A stretch of 40,891 bases of DNA from Anaerolineaceae bacterium (GTDB taxonomy: Bacteria; Chloroflexota; Anaerolineae; Anaerolineales; Anaerolineaceae). The DNA is taken from assembly GCA_003501835.1 (NCBI GenBank), contig DNOU01000031.1:13033-53923 (forward strand), written 5' to 3'. Under the pieces are notes generated by a model. It saw nothing but the letters and a program-made list of their open reading frames with translations. It was not told the DNA's origin and made no database searches. Made by a program: the position numbers and the translations under genes. Shown piece by piece: positions 7,778 through 16,600 of this stretch. Within the stretch, counting starts at the first letter, position 1, and every line of letters starts with the position of its first letter.

Positions 7778-10399
7778 TCACACCTCCACGGCGGTCAAAC
7801 GCGAGGTATATCTTTCGGAAAATTCAGCATCCGGGGTCAATGGCTGGGGGTCGATATAGATTGTCTTTTGATCAAACTGCCGCTTATGACAGCGCATCAC
7901 CAGGGGGGTTACCCTGGTTGCCCATTCGTCCAGGATCGCCTGCTTTTCTTCGGCTGAGATCGTATCCTTTTCACCCGCCAGGTTTACGTCATTGTCCTCG
8001 AGCCGGTATGCCATGGCGTACGAGTATTTCACATCCACCCGGCTGATCGTATCCACAACCACACTCTTGATGATCGGGGTCTTGCTGTTGTCGTTGGTCT
8101 GCATCCGGATGCGATAGCGGAACCGCCTGCCGTTCACGCCGTATTCTTTTTTGAGTTTCTGTTCCGAGATCGGGGAGGTCTCAAAGGGGTCAGGGATGTT
8201 GTGCCAGGTGGTTTCATCATCAGTCTGGTAGTCGATCTCCACAAACTGCCCATCCTTTGCCATGCGTTCTGCAAAGAGGGTGATTGAATAACTGAATTTA
8301 TAGATGTTGTACAACCCGGCATACATGTAGCCACTGATGATCACCCCCTCATGTGTCCAGCGCATGTTGGCATCCTTGGTGGGGTCAAGGGTATCTGATG
8401 GGAAGGGCAGATAAACAATGTCGTCACCCACGGCTACCCACAACCGATCTGGTGAACTGCCTGGGGTGGTCTGGAAATTGAGATCGAGTATGCGATCCCC
8501 TTTCATGGGGGATTTGTAATACTCATGCCAGCCTGCGCCTGGTATTCCACTGTTGTTGTTTGCCAGCACGGTGGAGTAATTGGCAGCGCCACCATCATAG
8601 CCAATAAAATAGGCACCCGGGTAACCAATGATCGCGCTCACCACCCCCTGCTTTTCGGGTGTCATGCCCTCAAACCGGTTGGGTCCAATGTCCTCCAGGT
8701 TTCTGGAATAATAGCGTTCCATTCCAGATCCCAGGTTGAACAACAGATACACATTGTGAATGGTGGCTGCCCTGCCGTTGGTGGAGGATGCCACGGTGCG
8801 GAGTTCCGAAAGCGGGATCTCGTCAATCTTGCCACTGGTCACGGTGTAGATCGGACCTTCACGCATGATCCAGAGTTGCTTGCTGGTGGATTCGCCGTAC
8901 TCCACGATGTTGGTGATGTTTCCCCCATCATCCTTGAAGGTGGTATTGGTCGGGGCGGCAAAGACCAGGTTGGTTCCCCAATCCACCACCGGGGCTTTGC
9001 TCACGCTTTTCAATCCGGAGCCGTCAATATTGTTGGAGCGCCAGATTTCCAACCCATTGGTGATGTCTCGTACCGTGACCAGGTGTGTCGCCTTGTTGGT
9101 GCCATCGTCTGCATACTCGTAGGTGGACACCCCGGCATTGTTGTACCAGCGCATTCGGCGCAGGTTTATGCTGTCACCCTGCCCGAAGTAGCAGATGTTG
9201 TTCACGATCAGCACCGAGGTCACCGGGGCGGTCAGTCCATGCCCGGTCACCTCGGTGAAGGTGTTCTCCCCTTTGATCACATAATTGGTGGTGGTATTCT
9301 GGGTGAGCAGCCAGGGTACGTCCACCACCAGTTCTGTGGCTGTGTTGGAGACAATCTTTCGCCAGTTCACCACCTCGTTGGATCCAGCCCCCCCGATCAA
9401 CTGCACAATCGCACCTGCCCATTGATTGGCCGTCCAGTTCTTGGTGGCATCCATCAACCTGGTCAGGTTTCCGGCGTTTGAATCGGCACACCCCCGATCA
9501 CCGTTCATATAAAGTTTGGGCGCTCCGTTGGTCTGCATCAGGCAGTACAGGGAGTATTGGTACTGGAAGAATTTCTGGCTGTATCCTGCGCCGGCATCGG
9601 TGATCCGGTAATACAGATCCACAGCAGAGGCAATCCAGTTGGTGGCATCACTGCTTTCCATGGAGTTGCCCGGGGCATTATTCACCGCTACCTGCCAGTG
9701 GTGATCACTTTCCCCCAGGGCGGAGTACACCACGATCCAGTAATTGGTGGATTCAGTCAACGCCTGGGGAGGAATGGTCACCCGGTAAAATTCACTGATG
9801 ATGTCGGGAATATCGCTGGTGGTAATGGTCGCGCTTTGCAGGATCGCACCTGGAGCGTTCACGCCATGGGCGCGAAGTTCCACGGTCAGGGATGCCTTGG
9901 GCGTTCCCCTGCGCCGGACCCAAAGGCTGATCTTGTTGGCGGTGAATCCACCTCCTGGTGGAAGTACAAACCTGGCAGCCAGGTAATTTCTCGATCCGGG
10001 AATCAAGGCTGACCAGGTGACTGACCCAGGCAGGTTTGCTGCAGCCTTGCGGTAACCGGTTGCGTAGGATTCCTGCGGTGCCAGGAACAGCTTGCCAAAC
10101 ATGGAATTGATCCGGGTGGAATCGTAAAAGCGGGTGACGTCCCGGTCAAAGTCCAGTTCCCCCCTGCCCCCCGACCAATCATCCTGGGCAATCGGTGTGT
10201 ACGGCGGTTCAAAATCGCTGTACTTCTGGTTACCGGAGGTGGTCTTCATTGCGGTGCGCTGCACCGGGGCGCGGGCTATTCCCAATGGATTTGCCTGTCC
10301 CTTTGAATCTGAAAGGATCAGCCCGATGGTTCTTTCTCCATCCGACAGGCTGACATGATGGGTGTTGTTCTTTGATTCCGGCTCAACGATGACTGCCAT
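7778..10399 (-). CDS. Large tail protein (873 aa; nozzle, tail-tubular or receptor-binding candidate)
   Basis: Largest structural gene apart from the giant ORF. Follows the head-completion genes. No tape-measure features (not helical or repeat-rich). Confidence 0.45.
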   Translation of the reverse strand: MAVIVEPESKNNTHHVSLSDGERTIGLILSDSKGQANPLGIARAPVQRTAMKTTSGNQKYSDFEPPYTPIAQDDWSGGRGELDFDRDVTRFYDSTRINSMFGKLFLAPQESYATGYRKAAANLPGSVTWSALIPGSRNYLAARFVLPPGGGFTANKISLWVRRRGTPKASLTVELRAHGVNAPGAILQSATITTSDIPDIISEFYRVTIPPQALTESTNYWIVVYSALGESDHHWQVAVNNAPGNSMESSDATNWIASAVDLYYRITDAGAGYSQKFFQYQYSLYCLMQTNGAPKLYMNGDRGCADSNAGNLTRLMDATKNWTANQWAGAIVQLIGGAGSNEVVNWRKIVSNTATELVVDVPWLLTQNTTTNYVIKGENTFTEVTGHGLTAPVTSVLIVNNICYFGQGDSINLRRMRWYNNAGVSTYEYADDGTNKATHLVTVRDITNGLEIWRSNNIDGSGLKSVSKAPVVDWGTNLVFAAPTNTTFKDDGGNITNIVEYGESTSKQLWIMREGPIYTVTSGKIDEIPLSELRTVASSTNGRAATIHNVYLLFNLGSGMERYYSRNLEDIGPNRFEGMTPEKQGVVSAIIGYPGAYFIGYDGGAANYSTVLANNNSGIPGAGWHEYYKSPMKGDRILDLNFQTTPGSSPDRLWVAVGDDIVYLPFPSDTLDPTKDANMRWTHEGVIISGYMYAGLYNIYKFSYSITLFAERMAKDGQFVEIDYQTDDETTWHNIPDPFETSPISEQKLKKEYGVNGRRFRYRIRMQTNDNSKTPIIKSVVVDTISRVDVKYSYAMAYRLEDNDVNLAGEKDTISAEEKQAILDEWATRVTPLVMRCHKRQFDQKTIYIDPQPLTPDAEFSERYTSRLTAVEV

Positions 10400-10400
10400 T

Positions 10401-11180
10401 TCATCTGTACCTTACGTCCCTGGGGGGCAGGGCGGATTCTTTGTTGAACGCTCCCATGATCGCCTGGGCTTCCAGCATTTTGGCTTCGTTGAACAAATCC
10501 ATGGCTACCTGATTGTCCTTATGGGTGCGCTGGATCATGTTCCTCCAGAGAACAACGGAGGCTGCGGCTCGGAGATAGTTAGGGTTCACTGCATTGTTGA
10601 TCTCATCAGCATCGTTGATCTCGCCATGGTGACCCACATAAGTCAGCCGGATCTTCTTGCCGGCATCATCCCCACAATAATCACCGTAGTAGGTGATCTT
10701 CCCTGGGTATTCCCGCCAGCGGTGTACCACCTCAAAGGAATAAGGGGCGGTGTCATTGGATGCGATCTCCATCCGGCGCACATCGCTCACCCCCGTTGGC
10801 AGGGTGTAATCCTCAATCTGGACATTTGCCACCAGGGTTTCGTCAAACTTGGCAATGGGGTAGGTTGAAAGAATGGCATTGACCGCCATCCTCAACAATT
10901 TCAATGGGAAGTCCTTGACTGCTATGGCGTATTGATCCCCTGCCACAACTGCGCCTGGCAGGGCAACATCCAGGGTAACTGCGCCACCAGAAACATTCTT
11001 AATCGCTCCACATTTGCCAGCGTTTGCTCCGGAAAGAATCCAATACGACCCCCCGATATACTCATTGGGAATCGTGATGGTGGAATCTATGATCGTGGTG
11101 GTGGATCCCCCGGTGGCAACACTAGGGGTCACTTCCTCGATATGCTTTGCCAGATCCAGGGTCGCATCGGCCAGCTTCAT
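10401..11180 (-). CDS. Hypothetical head-tail connector/adaptor-region protein
   Basis: 259 aa. Positioned between the capsid genes and the large tail protein. Confidence 0.4.
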   Translation of the reverse strand: MKLADATLDLAKHIEEVTPSVATGGSTTTIIDSTITIPNEYIGGSYWILSGANAGKCGAIKNVSGGAVTLDVALPGAVVAGDQYAIAVKDFPLKLLRMAVNAILSTYPIAKFDETLVANVQIEDYTLPTGVSDVRRMEIASNDTAPYSFEVVHRWREYPGKITYYGDYCGDDAGKKIRLTYVGHHGEINDADEINNAVNPNYLRAAASVVLWRNMIQRTHKDNQVAMDLFNEAKMLEAQAIMGAFNKESALPPRDVRYR

Positions 11181-11183
11181 GGA

Positions 11184-11381
11184 TTATTCCCTGATAGGTC
11201 GCAAGAAGAACTGCCCACCCCACTGCTCATCCAGGTAATACAGGTTGCCAGCTTTGTCAGCAAAGCGCAACGTGCCGATCTTTTCCAAAGGGACGGCAGA
11301 GGGTTTCCTGGGTTGGCTTTTTTCGGTTGCGATTTTGTCTGCATCTGGTGCGTCCTGAGATTCAATTTTCTTTTCTGACAT
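11184..11381 (-). CDS. Small hypothetical protein (65 aa)
   Basis: I prefer ATG 11381 (GAGGTG RBS). The track start at 11417 would lie inside the upstream hairpin. Confidence 0.5.
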   Translation of the reverse strand: MSEKKIESQDAPDADKIATEKSQPRKPSAVPLEKIGTLRFADKAGNLYYLDEQWGGQFFLRPIRE

Positions 11382-11399
11382 GAGACACCTCGTTTGATT

Positions 11400-11431
11400 A
11401 AAGGGGCTGTCTGTCACCAGGCAGCCCCTTT
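11400..11431 (-). terminator. 14-bp stem-loop after the capsid/decoration genes (attenuator or mRNA-stabilising hairpin)
   Basis: AAAGGGGCTG(T)CTG ... CAG(G)CAGCCCCTTT with a 4-nt loop. Weak U-tract on the minus strand (UUUAAUC). Confidence 0.45.
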
Positions 11432-11445
11432 GCTATTCCCTGGGA

Positions 11446-11799
11446 TTACCAGTTGGTGTACCGGCCAGCCGGCACGAAGGCGATCAGCACCTTCCCAAAG
11501 TTCGGGGTTGTTCCACCAAGGGTGGAGATAGCCCGGCGGTAGGGGGCATTGGACTTCGTGCTAAGGAAATACTGCCCGGCAGCGTTGATCTGCGGAAATG
11601 CGGCATAGTCACGCCAGGTGGCGTTGTCATCACTTTCCTGGATCTTCACATCCAGGGTGGGGCTGGTGCCGGTGGGCGCGGTGGGTACGTGCACCATCAC
11701 CGTCCTGGGTTCGATATCCACGCCGACATTCACGCCGGCAGTGGCCAGCTCGCTTGCGGCGAGGTCTGCGGCGTTGGAACGAAGAACGTCATCGTACAT
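11446..11799 (-). CDS. Putative head decoration/auxiliary capsid protein
   Basis: 117 aa immediately downstream of the major capsid gene. Very strong AAGGAGGTGA RBS implies high expression. Function inferred from position only. Confidence 0.4.
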   Translation of the reverse strand: MYDDVLRSNAADLAASELATAGVNVGVDIEPRTVMVHVPTAPTGTSPTLDVKIQESDDNATWRDYAAFPQINAAGQYFLSTKSNAPYRRAISTLGGTTPNFGKVLIAFVPAGRYTNW

Positions 11800-11810
11800 G
11801 ATTCACCTCC

Positions 11811-12788
11811 TTATTTCGCCGTGATGCCGTACAACCGGGCAACGCTGCGCGGATGGGAAACTGCCAAACCGGTCACCCAATCGATGACCGATTTGTAGGT
11901 TACCTGGTCGTCCATCAGGGTGGGTTCGGAAACTTCCATGTCGTACTCCTGCCATCCGGTGAAGTATTCATCACCGATCCGGACCGCATACACGCTGGTC
12001 TGACCGCCACCCGTCAGAGCGGTGCCGTTCTCGACATCCGTGATCACCTGGGTGGTGTCGTCAAACTTGTAGCCCATGTCCACCAGTTTGGCTCCCTTGT
12101 ATTCCGTGAAGATCCTGCCCAGGGCATCTGTGGTGGTGGAAAGTTGGTTGGACTGGCGCATGATGGATTGGAAGCGAAGCAGGAAGGTGTCATTGCAGAG
12201 CAGGTACGCGTTCTTGCCACCTGCCTGAATGCTTCCGGTCACCGCATAAAGCAGGGCATCCAGGGCATCAAAGAATATCTGGATGTTTGCCGCAAGACCG
12301 GTGGCATCTGCGCTGATGTCGACGTTGGCATTAATGCGTTGGGATGCTCCCAGGTCATTTTGAGTGCGGTACCACAACCCCACCGGGTTATCCAGATCGG
12401 CGGGCAGTCCGTTGATCGCCTTGTCGGTGAAACCCCGGGCAAGGGCGCGGCTGATCATCTGCATCTGGTAAGTCTTGGGGTCATAGATGCGCGGCGTTTT
12501 ATCACGCATTAGGGCTTTATCGAAAAGCAATTCATTGCCAATCGAATAAGCCATTTCCTCCACCTCATTGGGCTTACCGGCTTTCACCGAACCATGTGGA
12601 GATCCCAGCTTGCGCCAGGGTACATTGGGCATCGCGCCTTCGCGGACCACCTTGATCGCAAGAGCGCTGGCGGTTACAAAGGGCAGGATGTCCATAAAAG
12701 TAGATTCCTCACGAGCTGTGCGCGCCACGCCGGAAACAAGCGGCTTTGGGGATTGCGCATAATCTGCGAGGGTCATTCTTTCGGCCAT
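11811..12788 (-). CDS. Major capsid protein (HK97-fold type expected)
   Basis: 325 aa, AAGGAG RBS. Directly follows the scaffold gene, with size typical of an MCP. Confidence 0.75.
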   Translation of the reverse strand: MAERMTLADYAQSPKPLVSGVARTAREESTFMDILPFVTASALAIKVVREGAMPNVPWRKLGSPHGSVKAGKPNEVEEMAYSIGNELLFDKALMRDKTPRIYDPKTYQMQMISRALARGFTDKAINGLPADLDNPVGLWYRTQNDLGASQRINANVDISADATGLAANIQIFFDALDALLYAVTGSIQAGGKNAYLLCNDTFLLRFQSIMRQSNQLSTTTDALGRIFTEYKGAKLVDMGYKFDDTTQVITDVENGTALTGGGQTSVYAVRIGDEYFTGWQEYDMEVSEPTLMDDQVTYKSVIDWVTGLAVSHPRSVARLYGITAK

Positions 12789-12814
12789 AGTGTTACTCCT
12801 TGCTGATCCCTAGA

Positions 12815-13528
12815 TCAGCCGAATTTTTTGAAGTAGTCATCCAGCACGTCTTTCCCTGGGACATTCAAGGGTACGGCGTTGCCGGACTGCCCACCCTGTG
12901 CCAGGGCGGGAATCCTTCCAGGACTGCCTGATCGTTCCTCGCGCGCTTTTTTGTCAGCAATTGCCTTTTCCACGGATTTCAAGAATTCAATGGGTGTCTT
13001 TCCCCCGATATTCTTGAGTTCAGGATCGTTCTCGGTGATGTGAACCCCGGCCTCTGCCATCATGCGATAGCTTTCTGCTGTGGTTCCATTGGGTTTATCA
13101 ATGCCATCCTCCTGCATCCAGGAAATTGCCTGGTTGATGACAGGATCGCCTTGTTGGGGAGCTGGCTGATTACCCGGCTGGGCTGCCTGGTTGGTCAGAA
13201 CTTCCCCGGATTGCCCACCCTGCGCTTGTTGATCCTCATGGGTAACAATCGCCTGGGCTTGCTCGCGTGTGACATTCACGCCAGCCGCTTGAAGGTCGAC
13301 AATTTTCTTGTTGATCCGCGCTTCCATTTTGCCGGTCATGGATTGTGCGTTACGGAGTGCTTCCGTAATCTTTTGCTCCATCTCGGCTTTGGTTACAAAC
13401 TCTCCATTACCAGTCTGCGCCTGCGTTTGTGCGGTCTGCTCCTGGGTCGGAGCAGGTGCCGGTGCAGGATTTGCAGGTTGCCCTCCCTGTGCTGGCTGGT
13501 TATTATTGGTTTGCGTACCCTGAAACAT
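12815..13528 (-). CDS. Scaffolding protein
   Basis: Gln/Ala/Pro-rich N-terminus then helical charged region. I prefer ATG 13528 (AGGAGGA RBS) because the track start at 13630 runs through the terminator hairpin. Immediately upstream of the MCP. Confidence 0.65.
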   Translation of the reverse strand: MFQGTQTNNNQPAQGGQPANPAPAPAPTQEQTAQTQAQTGNGEFVTKAEMEQKITEALRNAQSMTGKMEARINKKIVDLQAAGVNVTREQAQAIVTHEDQQAQGGQSGEVLTNQAAQPGNQPAPQQGDPVINQAISWMQEDGIDKPNGTTAESYRMMAEAGVHITENDPELKNIGGKTPIEFLKSVEKAIADKKAREERSGSPGRIPALAQGGQSGNAVPLNVPGKDVLDDYFKKFG

Positions 13529-13549
13529 TGGATTGATCCTCCTGGTGAC

Positions 13550-13587
13550 AAAATAAAAAACGGGACGCGATTTTGGTCGCGCCCCGT
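13550..13587 (-). terminator. Intrinsic terminator in the leader of the scaffold/capsid/tail block
   Basis: Minus-strand RNA ACGGGGCGCGA-CCAAAA-UCGCGUCCCGU (11 bp including one G:U) followed by UUUUUUAUUUU. The same position is an A:C mismatch on the plus strand. Confidence 0.75.
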
Positions 13588-13631
13588 TTTTGGCAGTCGG
13601 GCTTGTGAATCTATTTGGTCTTGTTATCAAT

Positions 13632-13660
13632 ATTCTAGCATATTCATTTTTGAATTACAA
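13632..13660 (-). promoter_or_regulatory. Sigma70-like promoter (TTGTAA-17 nt-TGcTAGAAT) overlapping the end of the giant gene
   Basis: -35 at 13660-13655, extended -10 at 13640-13632, 17-nt spacer. Read by eye, no experimental support. Confidence 0.5.
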
Positions 13661-13662
13661 CA

Positions 13663-16600
13663 TCATTGCACGAAAGATTGGGATACCACGGTGTCCAGGT
13701 ATTCATTGATGGTGGGTGATTTCTTGCCGCCCAATTCCCAAATGCGTTTGATCTCTGACCATGCCCCGGATGATAGGGGTTCGCCTGTCGTGTAATAGTC
13801 CAGTAATTGCCGGATCAGCGGGTTGGTCATTTGCTTTAACTCGGCTTCGCTCAGGCTCGGCGTGTTGTTCTGGTATTCCTGGGCTTGATCTTCAAAGTAG
13901 CCAGCCAGCTCCGGGTGTTGTGCTTTGAAATTCCTATTCCAGCTCCAGTAGTTTGCCAGCTCCGGATGCGATCTGAGGAATGCCCTGCGTTTATCCAGGG
14001 GTTGGGCATCCCAAAACTTGCTGTAGGCTTCCTTGTCGCCGGCGCGGTATGCCGCCTGCACGGTTTTGTAGGTGTCGGATAATTCAGGGTGGCTTCCCAG
14101 GTAGGCTTTCTTTTGCTCATCGGTCACCCTGGGCAGGGCATAATACTGCTGCTGCAATTCATACCAGTTGGGGAATCTGGCATTGCGCTCCTTCTGGTAA
14201 TTCTCTGCTGCGTTGGCAATCACGGCATTATAGTAGTCCACCTTCTGAATGTTTTCATCTTTCAAGCTGGACGGCACCATACCGCCGATCTGCTGCACCC
14301 ATTTGATCAGGGTCTTGTCGCTCACTGTGTCGGTGTTGCGGGTATTCTCATCCAGGAATGAATCAATGAATTCCTGCCCCAGGGCTTCACGCACTTTCTT
14401 TTTGTTCGGACCTGCCAGACTGGTGTATTTGCGCCACACCTGATCCACCAGGAATTCATGCAGCCGGGTGTCGGGATCCGCAAACAGGGCAAGGCGGGCT
14501 TCATACTCCGGATGATCTGCGAAGAAATCATTGATGGCAGATTCGTCACCTGTTTTGAATTTCTTCCAGGCGTTGTTGTACTCGTCCTGCAATCCTCTTA
14601 GTTTCAGCTCCCCGGTGGGGAACAGGCTGCCGCCAAAGATGCCTGAGAGGAATGCCGGCAGGATCTCATACCATTTGGCGTTGTTCTTCAAGGCTTCAAA
14701 ACCGACCACTCCCGGTGTGCGCATTGCGCTTTCGGTTGCCACTCTTTCCCTGGCCATGTCAAACGCTTCGCCCTGTCTTTCGATCATGGCAATCCTGGCT
14801 TCATCAGCAGTGATCAAACCCTCTCCGGCCATGTTCGCAAGCTGGCGGTCAATGTAGTAATCCCCCCATTGCCCAAACTCGGATAACTTATTGGCTTTGC
14901 GGATGGCTTCTTCGGGACCGGCAAGCAGCCCACCCACAATATCGGTCAGTCCCTCGGCAAAGGTATCCTTGCCAATTTCGCGCACCGCTTGACCGGTCCG
15001 GGTGATCGGCAGGACGCTGATCTTTTCGGGGGTGCCTTGGGCAATGTTCTTCGGGATGGTCCACCACAGAGCGGGGGATAGCATCATGGTCGCCAGGCTT
15101 GCAGGGCTGATGTTCTTATCCAGGCTTGCCTCTGCCTGTTTTACAGCGCGGTTCCAAATATTGCCAGAGTGATTCTGCTTGGCATCCTTCGCTTCCTGCG
15201 GGGTGATCAACCCGGCGTTCAGCATCTCATCCACCTGGCTTTCGGCTTCCGCACCCACCCTGGCAGAATCCCTGGTGTACTGGTCGATTGAATCTGTGAA
15301 TTGCTCGAATGGGAATAACTGTTTCATCGGATCGATCCAGTAACCACCACCCATCCAATCTGGCATCCATGGCATCGGGATCCTGGACTTGCCTTTCAGC
15401 CTGGTGGGCATTTTCTGATCCAGTTTTTCCTGCATCTGCTTCATTCTGGCATACATGGCATACCAGCCTGGGCGGTCCATCATGCGCTTTGCCCAATTGT
15501 AGTAGGACCGGGTGTACCAGAATTGATAGGGTGAAATAATATTCAAGAAATTATCCACCCCATATCTTCTTGAATAATTCAACAGGGCAGAATCACGCAT
15601 CTGCTCCCCGTAATTCATGGCTGATAGCTTCATTCCCGCCATGTCGTTTTTCACCGAGCCGTTGATATAGCGGGTGATCTCCTTGCGGGTATCCTCGTCC
15701 AGGCTGCCAATGCTGAACTTCCTGGCTTCACCCATTTGCTTTTTGTATTCCTGCCCAAATTTGTCCAGGATGGTGCGGAGGTATTCTGAATTGATCTCGT
15801 GCAAGACCTCGCCGTAGGGTTCTGTAGAGGGTGTTCCGTTCAATGGAACTTCACCCATGGGAGCTGTTGTATCTACTCTCCCTGGTTCTTCTGGCGCTCC
15901 TCCCCTTCCTTTTCCTTCCTCAACATATCCAGGTAAACCTGCCCCGGCACGTCCATATCCAGACCACTCTCCGGGTAATCCCGCTCCGGGAGTTTCAATT
16001 TGCCCTGGTTGTACAGCTCCACGTTGCGCAGGAGATTCTCCATAAACTCTTCCGATGTCTTTACCATACCGTTGTTGGAATTGTTGCCAGTGTTCTCTGT
16101 CATTGATGCTTTCTCCTTTCTGATTCTTGTTTAAGATCACCCGATAATTGTTATTGTCATTGTAAAAAAGAGTGGCTTTGTCTGCCAGGGGATATAACTC
16201 CATGAAGTTTTTAGGAACATTTTCGTTTGCCATCCACAGGAAGTCTTGTGGAATGTACCTTCCGTTGTTATTCGCCCTGGCTTTCATTCCCTCCCATGCT
16301 TGCTCGGGTTCGACATCCACCATAATCAAGGTGACATCATATCCAATGGTTTTTAGCCTGGTAAGTAAATTTCGGTATTTCTCCGGGCTGGACCCTACCC
16401 CGTCTATGATCACATTCTTTCCAGAGGTGATCGCTTTCTCTTGAAGGGCTTTTGCCATCTCACTGGATTCTTCATGCACTATTGCTGGCCCGCTTTTGTT
16501 TTTCCGTCTGGCTTCCACCTCAAATTCGGGGAGATAGGATTTTGCCATGTCGGGATCCACCACCACGTAGTTGGAGATTAAATCTCCCTGGGCGAAAGAC

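Noticed and set aside
8525-9481. 318-aa plus-strand ORF, and many similar plus-strand ORFs (e.g. 1938-2537, 10362-10868, 11853-12512, 13040-13795, 17641-18333, 23146-23694, 28032-28613, 37030-37620)
   Set aside because: All lie antisense to long, RBS-preceded, motif-bearing minus-strand genes. Their translations are low-complexity (Gly/Arg/Pro/His-rich) with no motifs or RBS. These are typical shadow ORFs of moderately GC-rich DNA.
5426-10399. Diversity-generating retroelement or phase-variable tail fiber
   Set aside because: No reverse transcriptase gene, no template/variable repeat pair and no invertase or inverted-repeat cassette is visible around the tail genes.
12794-12811. 7-bp hairpin GCTGATC-CCTA-GATCAGC between the scaffold and capsid genes
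   Set aside because: The stem is short and overlaps the scaffold stop codon, there is no U-tract, and a stem this short is not distinguishable from chance. Not called as a terminator.
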